Part shown: positions 16,597 to 23,615 of the stretch, piece after piece
Numbering within the stretch: the first letter of the stretch is position 1
Layout of the letters: the number at the start of each line of letters is the position of its first letter
Sequence record: KM199770.1
From: Rhizobium phage vB_RleM_P10VF
DNA length: 24,000 nucleotides
Direction: 5' to 3' (one strand)
Position numbers and translations under genes: made by a program
The notes under the pieces: model-generated
Databases searched by the model: none
Seen by the model: only the letters and a program-made list of their open reading frames with translations
Told to the model about the DNA's origin: nothing

Positions 16597-17118
16597 TTGA
16601 TAACCAGTCCTTTAAATGGTGGTACACCGAAAACTCTCGAAGAGGAAGTCGCTTCTGTCGAGTCCATGATCTCTGATCTGCAATATCGTCTCAAAGGACT
16701 CAAGCAGCGTCAGTGGGACGTGTTCATGCTGAAGATGCTCAACGCCTTCGACGCGAAGGATCTCGACGTCCTCTTGAGTCATCCTATCGGAAAGACGTTC
16801 CTCGAGAAGATCTATCCGTCGATGGAGATCGGCTTCAAGTGGATCGATGATCGCTTCGTGATCTGGCTCAAGCCGACTCAGGTCGATTTGATGCGAGAAG
16901 AGTTCAAAGAGATAACGTTCGAAGACATCTCCACTCTGATGAAGCACGTCTCGATGTTCAGAGCAGCGATCGGCACTTCGTCAGTCTCTTTCGCCAAGCT
17001 TGGAAGCGGATCGTTTGTCAACGATGCGACAGGAGAACGAATCGGAGCACAAGGCATTCTTCATGCCGTCCAGGACATGTACAACAGATTTCCGTACAAG
17101 CGATTTCACCGGCCGTAA
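16597..17118 (+). CDS. hypothetical protein (173 aa)
   Basis: TTG start; well-formed protein 'PKTLEEEVASVESMISDLQYRLKGLKQRQWD…'; SD unclear. Confidence 0.7.
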   Translation: MITSPLNGGTPKTLEEEVASVESMISDLQYRLKGLKQRQWDVFMLKMLNAFDAKDLDVLLSHPIGKTFLEKIYPSMEIGFKWIDDRFVIWLKPTQVDLMREEFKEITFEDISTLMKHVSMFRAAIGTSSVSFAKLGSGSFVNDATGERIGAQGILHAVQDMYNRFPYKRFHRP

Positions 17119-17125
17119 CTTTCCT

Positions 17126-17153
17126 GTTTACGTTTCCGTGGTTTTGAATTAGA
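17126..17153 (+). promoter_or_regulatory. putative T4-early-like promoter: GTTTAC (17126-17131), 16 bp, ATTAGA (17148-17153)
   Basis: Motif family member within repeated module. Confidence 0.55.
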
Positions 17154-17178
17154 TTGATTCCATAAACAAAACCACGGA
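17135..17178 (+). promoter_or_regulatory. inverted repeat TCCGTGGTTTTG … CAAAACCACGGA overlapping the SD
   Basis: 12-bp perfect arms 17135-17146 / 17167-17178; SD CGGAGA starts in the right arm. Confidence 0.8.
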
Positions 17179-17187
17179 GACTTCGAA

Positions 17188-17403
17188 ATGTCTGGTTCTA
17201 GAGGTTCTGCTCGTAAAGATCGGGTCAAGATCCGAGTTCGTGTTTGGACTGATCTGAAGAAGAACAGTCACTGGACTCACATCTTCCTTCCGAAGATCCA
17301 CAACAGCGACATGATCCACGAGAAGTTGACGAAGAAATTCGGATCTGTCGCCTGGTACGATCCGGCTCCTTCGAGAGCTAAGTATCGTTTCGTCAAACTC
17401 TGA
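17188..17403 (+). CDS. hypothetical basic protein (71 aa)
   Basis: ATG after CGGAGACTTCGAA. Confidence 0.75.
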   Translation: MSGSRGSARKDRVKIRVRVWTDLKKNSHWTHIFLPKIHNSDMIHEKLTKKFGSVAWYDPAPSRAKYRFVKL

Positions 17404-17415
17404 GGAGAAATTACA

Positions 17416-17781
17416 TTGGTTGATATCGTACTCGGCGAAAACATCTTTCTCGAAGCGTCCACCAAGGATGCTCCGAAGATTGCGAAGATGATGATAGGTC
17501 ACGGAAATTGCAGAGGTTTCTTTGACAAGGAGAAGATCCACGTCTTCGACTCCTACGGTTTCACTCACACGAGCTTCTCGTCTCGTCTCAAGATCAACAC
17601 CAGCGGAATGCATTCGATCATTCTCTGGGACGTCGGATTGATCTACCTCGCTGATCAATTCGGCACAGAGAAATTTAAACTAGACGATCTTGCTGAAGCT
17701 CCGGTTGCTCGTGTCATTCGAAAGATCTACGACGCAGCTAAAGTTTCTCGAGACGACATCTACTTCACGGAGGCAATATGA
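17416..17781 (+). CDS. hypothetical protein (121 aa)
   Basis: TTG start after GAGGAGA. Confidence 0.75.
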   Translation: MVDIVLGENIFLEASTKDAPKIAKMMIGHGNCRGFFDKEKIHVFDSYGFTHTSFSSRLKINTSGMHSIILWDVGLIYLADQFGTEKFKLDDLAEAPVARVIRKIYDAAKVSRDDIYFTEAI

Positions 17782-17951
17782 CTGCGCGTATCGACAAGTA
17801 TGCATGTGTTGGACCTGGTGGCATGAACTGCCCTTGCTGCTTTCCTGCTCCTGGTACCAAGTCTCGTCGTCTCGCAATCCGTACTGCGAAGCGCAAAGAA
17901 AAGTTCGAAGCAATCCGCGTCGAGAAAGAGAACATGGAAGACGATGACTGA
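17778..17951 (+). CDS. small Cys/Pro-rich protein (57 aa) MTARIDKYACVGPGGMNCPCCFPAPGTKSRRLAIRTAKRKEKFEAIRVEKENMEDDD
   Basis: SD GGAGG, ATGA overlap upstream and ATG overlap downstream (17944). Not in the supplied track because of length. Confidence 0.75.
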   Translation: MTARIDKYACVGPGGMNCPCCFPAPGTKSRRLAIRTAKRKEKFEAIRVEKENMEDDD

Positions 17952-18186
17952 ACTCACGAAAGAGCAGCGCGGTGAGTTGCACAAGCTGATCAAGGCTGCT
18001 ACTCGAGCATCGAACGACTACGTTCGAGCCACGATGAACCTCGATGTGTTCTGTTCTGAAGTCTTCGGCTTTGCACCAGCAGACATCGACGCTGACGAAA
18101 TCATCGACTCGTGCTATGGAGCAGCCGGGCAGACGGACGGGATCTCGGTCAACGAGTTTATCAAAGCGATGAAAAGTAAACTTTGA
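17944..18186 (+). CDS. hypothetical acidic protein (80 aa)
   Basis: ATG overlapping the preceding ORF; co-directional. Confidence 0.75.
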   Translation: MTELTKEQRGELHKLIKAATRASNDYVRATMNLDVFCSEVFGFAPADIDADEIIDSCYGAAGQTDGISVNEFIKAMKSKL

Positions 18187-18213
18187 GTTTACATTCGTTG
18201 AGAAATGTAATAC
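18187..18213 (+). promoter_or_regulatory. putative T4-early-like promoter: GTTTAC (18187-18192), 15 bp, TAATAC (18208-18213)
   Basis: Motif family member upstream of topoisomerase A subunit. Confidence 0.5.
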
Positions 18214-18244
18214 AGTACGACTATAACGAATTCACGGAGACAGC

Positions 18245-19603
18245 ATGAAATCAGAATCAGCATCAGAATTCCTTCTAGCTCACGCTCGAGACTACATTCT
18301 CGAGACGGCACTCGAACGTGCTATTCCGCGAGTGACTGACGGGTTCAAGGACTCACAGCGTATCGCAGCATGGGTGGTCCACAAGCGTCCAGAAGGTGCA
18401 GTCAAGGTTGCAGCACTCTCCGGTGAAATGATCGCTTCGAACTTGTACGTCCACGGTGATGCACAAGCGACCATCCAGAAGATGACCGGACGATACGTCA
18501 ACAACAATCCGATCTTCGACGGCGTTGGCAACTTCGGCACACTGACATATCCAGGCGCATTCGGTGCTGGACGATACGTCTACGTGAAGCGATCGGAATT
18601 CATGAAGAAAGTCCTCCTCGCTGACTCGAACCTCTACAAGATGGTTCCGTCTGTCGATGGTGACAACGAGATGTGCGACACGTTCTTGCCTCTCATTCCG
18701 CTCGTCCTTCTCAATGGACAGAACGGCATGGCCACTGGCTGGTCGACCAACATTCTTCCGCACAAGTATGAAGACCTCCGAGACGCGGTCATCCGAGTGC
18801 TCGAAGGAAAACCGGTCGGCAAGATCAATCCGTACTTCACTCCGTATCCTGATCTGAAGATCGTCGAGGTCGAGAACGGACGAGACAACGCTTCTGCGTA
18901 CAACTTCTTCGGACGAGTCGAGAAGGTCAACACGAACTACGTGAAGATCAAGACGCTTCCTCCTGGTATGAGCATCGATGACATCCAGGAGCACCTCGAC
19001 AATCTGATCGACGAGAAGAAGATCTACGAATACACGAACAACACGTCCGATACCATCGACATCGTCGTCAAGTTCAATCGACAAGCACTCGCTGAGCTCA
19101 CTGAAGACAAGATCATCGAACTCTTCAAGCTTCGCACACGAGACACCGAGCGACTGGTCTGCTGCGACTTCGACGGAACGAAGATCCGTGTGTTCGACAA
19201 CGTCGATCAGCTGATCACAGAGTGGGTAGCATGGCGCTTCCCGTACATCGTCCAACGCTTCAAGACGATGGTCGACGAGACCTCCGAAGAGCTGAACTAC
19301 TGCTACGCTCTTCGTCATCTCCATCAGTCACAGTTCGTGAAACTCATCCAGGGCTTCAAGAGCAAGGACGAGATGCGAAAGCAGATCCAGAAAGAAGTCC
19401 AGGAAAAGTACGATCTCCGACCATCCCGCATCGAACGAATTCTCGATCTCGCTGCATACCGGTGGACAGTAGAGTATCGCGACTCGAACGAACTCGAGAT
19501 CGACAAGCTAGAGAAAGAGCTCTTCCGTCTGAAAACCATCTATTCGCAAGAGTCGAACATGAAGCGCGAGTGGATCAACGACCTCAAGAAGATCAAGCTC
19601 TAG
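18245..19603 (+). CDS. 52: DNA topoisomerase II medium subunit (GyrA/ParC-like; T4 gp52)
   Basis: 'AIPRVTDGFKDSQRIAAW', 'NFGTLTYPGAFGAGRYVYVK' (catalytic RY), 'LPLIPLVLLNGQNGMATGWSTNILPHK'. Confidence 0.95.
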   Translation: MKSESASEFLLAHARDYILETALERAIPRVTDGFKDSQRIAAWVVHKRPEGAVKVAALSGEMIASNLYVHGDAQATIQKMTGRYVNNNPIFDGVGNFGTLTYPGAFGAGRYVYVKRSEFMKKVLLADSNLYKMVPSVDGDNEMCDTFLPLIPLVLLNGQNGMATGWSTNILPHKYEDLRDAVIRVLEGKPVGKINPYFTPYPDLKIVEVENGRDNASAYNFFGRVEKVNTNYVKIKTLPPGMSIDDIQEHLDNLIDEKKIYEYTNNTSDTIDIVVKFNRQALAELTEDKIIELFKLRTRDTERLVCCDFDGTKIRVFDNVDQLITEWVAWRFPYIVQRFKTMVDETSEELNYCYALRHLHQSQFVKLIQGFKSKDEMRKQIQKEVQEKYDLRPSRIERILDLAAYRWTVEYRDSNELEIDKLEKELFRLKTIYSQESNMKREWINDLKKIKL

Positions 19604-19613
19604 GAGAAGACCG

Positions 19614-19862
19614 TTGGAAACACTCTCTCGAATAATCAGAAACGAACTGCACAATTTCAGGCACAGGATCCGTGTCAAACCTCATGAAACAAGATACTCG
19701 GCTCTCGGAGAATCGAACAGAGAGATCGCGACACAAGCTTACGAATACATGATAGTCACGCTCGGAAAGGACTACACAGATATTCTGTGCGAGAGCATCA
19801 TGGAGTTCTGGCAGATCAAACAGCTCGAAGAAAAAGTTGCTCAGCTGGACCACGCTAAGTAA
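19614..19862 (+). CDS. hypothetical protein (82 aa)
   Basis: TTG start after TAGGAGAAG. Confidence 0.7.
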   Translation: METLSRIIRNELHNFRHRIRVKPHETRYSALGESNREIATQAYEYMIVTLGKDYTDILCESIMEFWQIKQLEEKVAQLDHAK

Positions 19863-19869
19863 CTTTCCT

Positions 19870-19897
19870 GTTTCCTTTCCTGATTCGTTGTGATACT
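19870..19897 (+). promoter_or_regulatory. putative T4-early-like promoter: GTTTCC (19870-19875), 16 bp, GATACT (19892-19897)
   Basis: Contains CGTTGTGATACTCTA (19886-19900), repeated exactly at 20150-20164. Confidence 0.6.
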
Positions 19898-19932
19898 CTA
19901 ATATCAGAGAATTTGAACAACGGAGAATTGAA

Positions 19933-20124
19933 ATGAAAGCCCTCTATGTAGCAGCAATCGGTATTCTGATCGGTGTCTCGGCCATCTACGGAAAAGACAT
20001 CACTCTCCTCGAGAAGATCCTCACTGTTTACGCAGCCGGAGCGATCACACCGTTCATCTGGTTCACGTATCACTTCTTCACCGATCAAGACGTCCGATAC
20101 GTAGAATACAAGACAAACTTCTAG
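19933..20124 (+). CDS. small membrane protein (64 aa, about 2 TM)
   Basis: 'ALYVAAIGILIGVSAIYG' and 'ILTVYAAGAITPFIWFTYHFF' hydrophobic segments; SD CGGAGA. Confidence 0.75.
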   Translation: MKALYVAAIGILIGVSAIYGKDITLLEKILTVYAAGAITPFIWFTYHFFTDQDVRYVEYKTNF

Positions 20125-20132
20125 ATTTGTCA

Positions 20133-20161
20133 GTTTCTCTCCGCTTAAACGTTGTGATACT
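20133..20161 (+). promoter_or_regulatory. putative T4-early-like promoter: GTTTCT (20133-20138), 17 bp, GATACT (20156-20161)
   Basis: Motif family member; shares 15-nt string with 19886-19900. Confidence 0.6.
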
Positions 20162-20193
20162 CTAGAATCATCCAAGAGATCATAGCGGAGAGA
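20136..20193 (+). promoter_or_regulatory. inverted repeat TCTCTCCGCT … AGCGGAGAGA burying the SD
   Basis: 10-bp perfect arms 20136-20145 / 20184-20193; alternatively extended by CAGT/ACTG with a small bulge. Confidence 0.85.
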
Positions 20194-20196
20194 CTG

Positions 20197-20586
20197 ATGC
20201 ATCCACACCACGTATTCCAAGACGACGAGTTCGTCATCAAGCACGAGCCCACAATGTGGTACGAGATCTGTATGGCAGGAGACATCAGTCACGCCAAACA
20301 ACTCGTTCGAAGATACTGCTTCGAAGTTGGTCTCTGTGTGACTATCGATCCCACGACTTACATCTACACTGGTGGTGAAGAGGAAGGATTCAAGATCCGA
20401 CTGATCCACTATCCACGTTTTCCTACTGGTCGAATGGAGATCAGGATGAAAGCAACAGAGCTCGGGATCCGACTCGCAAGAGAGCTCGCCCAGACATCGT
20501 TCTCTGTAGTAGGAGACGACAACACGTACTGGTACACGAGACGGCCATTCGACGTCAAATCAGCAACAGGAAAGGAAAAGGCATGA
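20197..20586 (+). CDS. hypothetical protein (129 aa), first gene of the membrane-channel operon
   Basis: ATG 4 nt after the stem's right arm; ATGA overlap with next gene. Confidence 0.8.
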   Translation: MHPHHVFQDDEFVIKHEPTMWYEICMAGDISHAKQLVRRYCFEVGLCVTIDPTTYIYTGGEEEGFKIRLIHYPRFPTGRMEIRMKATELGIRLARELAQTSFSVVGDDNTYWYTRRPFDVKSATGKEKA

Positions 20587-21026
20587 TCGGCAAGCTCCAG
20601 AGATGGATCGTATTCAACTGCGTCGTATCGTTCATCGCGATCTACTTCGCCCAAGCACACGGACTTCATGAGTACGTGGTCCATGCGGACAAGACGTATC
20701 TCGCACGAATCGTCGTCGTTCTGTACACTCTCGTCACGTTCTACATTGCTTTCGCAATCGTCAAACAGCAGAAATTGAACGACAGTGTTCTCGACTACGC
20801 CTCCATTCTCGCGATGGGTCTGGGACTGATTGGTGCAATCATCGGCATGTCATCGTCGTACCGAGCACTCGAAACATTCGATCCGAACGACGTGACGAAG
20901 CTCATTCGTCTGATCGGTGAAGTCGCAGCGGCTGGACCAATCTCGACAGTCTTCGGCATTGCCGTATGGCTCCTGATCGATGCTCAGCGTCTGATCGTCA
21001 ATCTCGGAAGAGGTGATGCCAAATGA
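20583..21026 (+). CDS. MotA/TolQ/ExbB-like proton-channel family membrane protein
   Basis: Three hydrophobic segments; 'ASILAMGLGLIGAIIGMSSSYRALETFDPNDVTKLIRLIGEVAAAGPISTVFGIAVWLL' matches the MotA/ExbB family pattern. Confidence 0.7.
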   Translation: MIGKLQRWIVFNCVVSFIAIYFAQAHGLHEYVVHADKTYLARIVVVLYTLVTFYIAFAIVKQQKLNDSVLDYASILAMGLGLIGAIIGMSSSYRALETFDPNDVTKLIRLIGEVAAAGPISTVFGIAVWLLIDAQRLIVNLGRGDAK

Positions 21027-21628
21027 AGAGTTTCAAGGTTTGGCTCGCATACGTCGACTTCCTTCTGACATGCTTGACCATCTCCTTGGTGCTCAACGGT
21101 GTCATCCTTCAGAAGTACGTCGAGGTGAAGACACTCGTTCAAGGCAACACGATCGACAAGTCGGAGTTCCTCATCGAGATGACATGGGAAGACGGATCTC
21201 TGAATGACGTCGATCTTCTCGTTCAGGATCCACGCGGAGCACTCGTCTTCTACCAGACGACAAACGTCGGTTTCATGACACTTGACAGAGACGATCGCGG
21301 ATCTGCCAATAACAGCGTCCGAACTGAGAACGGCAACATCATCACGAGCAATGTTCGGAGAGAGGTGGTGTCGATCAGAGGCATCATCCCTGGTCGATAC
21401 ATCGTCAACGGTAGAATGTTCGCCAACAACGCCGGACTCGCGTCGAACGTGAGAGTCATCGTTCGGAAGCTCAATCCGTACGTCGAGATCTCAGACAATG
21501 TGTACTCTCTTCTCTCTCGAACTGACGAGAAGACGTACGTCTCATTCGAACTTGATGACAAAGGAAATGTGATCTCGAAAGATCTCATGACTCAGTTTCC
21601 TCTGTCAGCCAAAGCCAAGCTCAACTAG
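21023..21628 (+). CDS. single-TM protein, ExbD/MotB-topology, with DUF2135/YfaP-like putative periplasmic domain
   Basis: 'VWLAYVDFLLTCLTISLVLNGVIL' N-terminal TM with Asp near its start; 'LNDVDLLVQDPRGALVFYQTTNVGFMTLDRDDRGSAN…IIPGRYIVNGRMF'. Confidence 0.6.
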   Translation: MKSFKVWLAYVDFLLTCLTISLVLNGVILQKYVEVKTLVQGNTIDKSEFLIEMTWEDGSLNDVDLLVQDPRGALVFYQTTNVGFMTLDRDDRGSANNSVRTENGNIITSNVRREVVSIRGIIPGRYIVNGRMFANNAGLASNVRVIVRKLNPYVEISDNVYSLLSRTDEKTYVSFELDDKGNVISKDLMTQFPLSAKAKLN

Positions 21629-21637
21629 GAGAGCGAC

Positions 21638-22087
21638 ATGATCGACACCACCATCACCTACACGATCTTGGGCCTTTCTCTTCTCACGATCGTCTGCTTC
21701 ATGAACAAGCTGAAGTGGGCAACCGTCTTCGTCATTCCGATCGCGTTCCTCTGTTACTATTCGTACGTCTCGAACCTTCCGAAGCAGCTCGGCTACCCTG
21801 TCGACTGGAAACTCACTGAGTCTGAGGAAGCCACGTTCCTCTATGGCACTGAAGGCAAAGACTTCATCTACATGACAGTGCTCGAGAAGGATCTGCGTGT
21901 TCCACGTTTGATCCAGATGGTGAATACGAAGGAGAACCGTGAAGGACTCCAGAAGCTCATCAAGAAGCAGCAAGAAGGACGGACTGCTTCTATCGGACGT
22001 GGCAATCCTGACGACGGAGAGAGAAACACGATCGGCGACTTCACTGTCCACGACGGAGCAGCCGGTTCTGCGGAAGAGACGAAGTAG
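21638..22087 (+). CDS. membrane protein (149 aa), two N-terminal TM segments and soluble tail
   Basis: 'TYTILGLSLLTIVCFMNKLKWATVFVIPIAFLCYYSYV'; SD GGAG. Confidence 0.75.
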   Translation: MIDTTITYTILGLSLLTIVCFMNKLKWATVFVIPIAFLCYYSYVSNLPKQLGYPVDWKLTESEEATFLYGTEGKDFIYMTVLEKDLRVPRLIQMVNTKENREGLQKLIKKQQEGRTASIGRGNPDDGERNTIGDFTVHDGAAGSAEETK

Positions 22088-22107
22088 TCAAACTGTTCAA
22101 CAAACAA

Positions 22108-22135
22108 GTTTACGATCCTTCGAAGAAGTGATAAG
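22108..22135 (+). promoter_or_regulatory. putative T4-early-like promoter: GTTTAC (22108-22113), 16 bp, GATAAG (22130-22135)
   Basis: Motif family member immediately upstream of gp55-like gene. Confidence 0.55.
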
Positions 22136-22143
22136 AATCATTC

Positions 22144-22632
22144 ATGGCAAGAAAACGCAATTATGTTGACGGACCTGCGGTAACGAAGGTGCTCAACGAG
22201 TTCTACTATCAACGAAAGGAGGCCCTGGAGAAAGGGCTTCCAGAACCATTCCTTCCTCCTGAAGTCGGTGACGCAATTCTTGCTATCGCTCAGCACTATT
22301 CGTCATCCGGGAAGTTCAGCAGAGTCCCTGACAAGAAGGACATGATCTCCTCAGGCGTTCTCTCAGCAATGGAAAACGTTGCTCGGAAGTACGATCCGGA
22401 GAAGTCAGAGACGAAGAACGCATTCAGCTTCCTCACGTCTCTCGTCTACTTCGGTTTCCTCGGATACTTCGAAGGAGAGAAGAAGAACCTGAGAGCGAAG
22501 AACGCATACATTCACGCTCTAACGAATGGACATGCGACCATCAGCGGTCAGACCGTCTCTTCGAACAACACGTCTCTGAAGAAACTTCAACAGACGATCG
22601 ATCAATTCAACCTAGACATGAAAGGAACGTGA
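22144..22632 (+). CDS. 55: late-transcription sigma factor, T4 gp55-like
   Basis: 'RVPDKKDMISSGVLSAMENVARKYDPEKSETKNAFSFLTSLVYFGFLGYFEGEKK' matches the gp55 sigma-2-like region. Confidence 0.85.
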   Translation: MARKRNYVDGPAVTKVLNEFYYQRKEALEKGLPEPFLPPEVGDAILAIAQHYSSSGKFSRVPDKKDMISSGVLSAMENVARKYDPEKSETKNAFSFLTSLVYFGFLGYFEGEKKNLRAKNAYIHALTNGHATISGQTVSSNNTSLKKLQQTIDQFNLDMKGT

Positions 22633-23612
22633 TGACAGATGTCTTCATCACAGGCGGCTTCCGGCTCGGTAAGACGAACCAGAACGTCGATCTGATCTCC
22701 GAACTCGAGAAGTACGTCGAATGGCTGTGCGAACAGTCTTCTTCGAACCCATCTCTCGACGGAACTGCGCTTGTCGTAGCTGGCAACTTCTTCGACACCA
22801 AGCGAGCACTGACGATCGCTCAGTATCACAAAGCGAATTCGATCATCAATCGACTGAACAGCGATTTCGAAGCGATCTACTTCCTCGTCGGAGATCGCGA
22901 CATTCCTGGTCGTAAGAACGATGGCGAAACGCTGTACGACTTCTTCGAGTTCAGTCACGAAGACATCCACATCATCAAAGAGAAGACCGAGATCAAGGCC
23001 GGCAAGAAGACTATCAATCTGTTTCCTTACGGAACCAAGGTCGATGTCGACTCGTTCCTGAAGGATGATGTCGCTGTGTTCTGCGACGCATCTGGAGATA
23101 TCGTCAAGTCTCCTGGCATCCAGTACTACAACGGTCAGTTTCCTCTGTGGACCAAAGTCGACAACTACACGAGCCTCGGTTCACCGTTTCAGATGTCATG
23201 GGACGACGTCGAGAACCCTGGTGGCTACGTTCTGATCTCTGGCAGCGACGAGAACGATTCATTCGTCGTTCCGTACAAGCGAAAGATCTTCCAGAAGGTT
23301 GCTCTGAAGGACAACAAGATCGACGGCAAGAACCCTGTCAAGTGGCTGTCTGACAACAAGAAGTTGCTCGACGGCACGTGTCTCGAAGTGGTCATCGATC
23401 CTGAGACAGACAAGACGATCTACAGCAAGTTCGTCGGAGTCCTCGGAACTGTCAAACTCGCTGATCTCAAACTGTCCGAAACATTCAGTTTCACAACGGA
23501 CAAGACGATGAGTAGTTCTAGACCTGACTTCGCCGAGTCTCTCTATCCTCTCCTCTCTCGAGATGGGTCGAAATCGAAACTCAAGCGCATCATCGAAAAG
23601 CTCGGAGGCTAA
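22629..23612 (+). CDS. 47: recombination endonuclease subunit gp47/Mre11-like, probably lacking nuclease motifs
   Basis: Co-linear with T4 gp47: FITGGFRLG / VAGNFFDTKRALT / FLVGDRDI / YYNGQFP / TSLGSPFQMSWDDVENPGGYVLI; located directly before gp46. Confidence 0.8.
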   Translation: MMTDVFITGGFRLGKTNQNVDLISELEKYVEWLCEQSSSNPSLDGTALVVAGNFFDTKRALTIAQYHKANSIINRLNSDFEAIYFLVGDRDIPGRKNDGETLYDFFEFSHEDIHIIKEKTEIKAGKKTINLFPYGTKVDVDSFLKDDVAVFCDASGDIVKSPGIQYYNGQFPLWTKVDNYTSLGSPFQMSWDDVENPGGYVLISGSDENDSFVVPYKRKIFQKVALKDNKIDGKNPVKWLSDNKKLLDGTCLEVVIDPETDKTIYSKFVGVLGTVKLADLKLSETFSFTTDKTMSSSRPDFAESLYPLLSRDGSKSKLKRIIEKLGG

Positions 23613-23615
23613 AAC

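Larger units (their letters stand above)
17120..17184 (+). repeat. copy 2 of the promoter/leader module at 1579-1644
   Basis: See 1579-1644. Confidence 0.9.

Noticed and set aside
18353-19324. 323-aa minus-strand ORF
   Set aside because: Antisense shadow of the gp52-like gene with the same compositional signature.
20583-21628. Classification as a complete Zorya-type defence system
   Set aside because: Only the ZorA/B-like membrane pair topology is seen; no ZorC/D/E-like helicase or nuclease nearby, and the partner's outer domain differs from ZorB/MotB.
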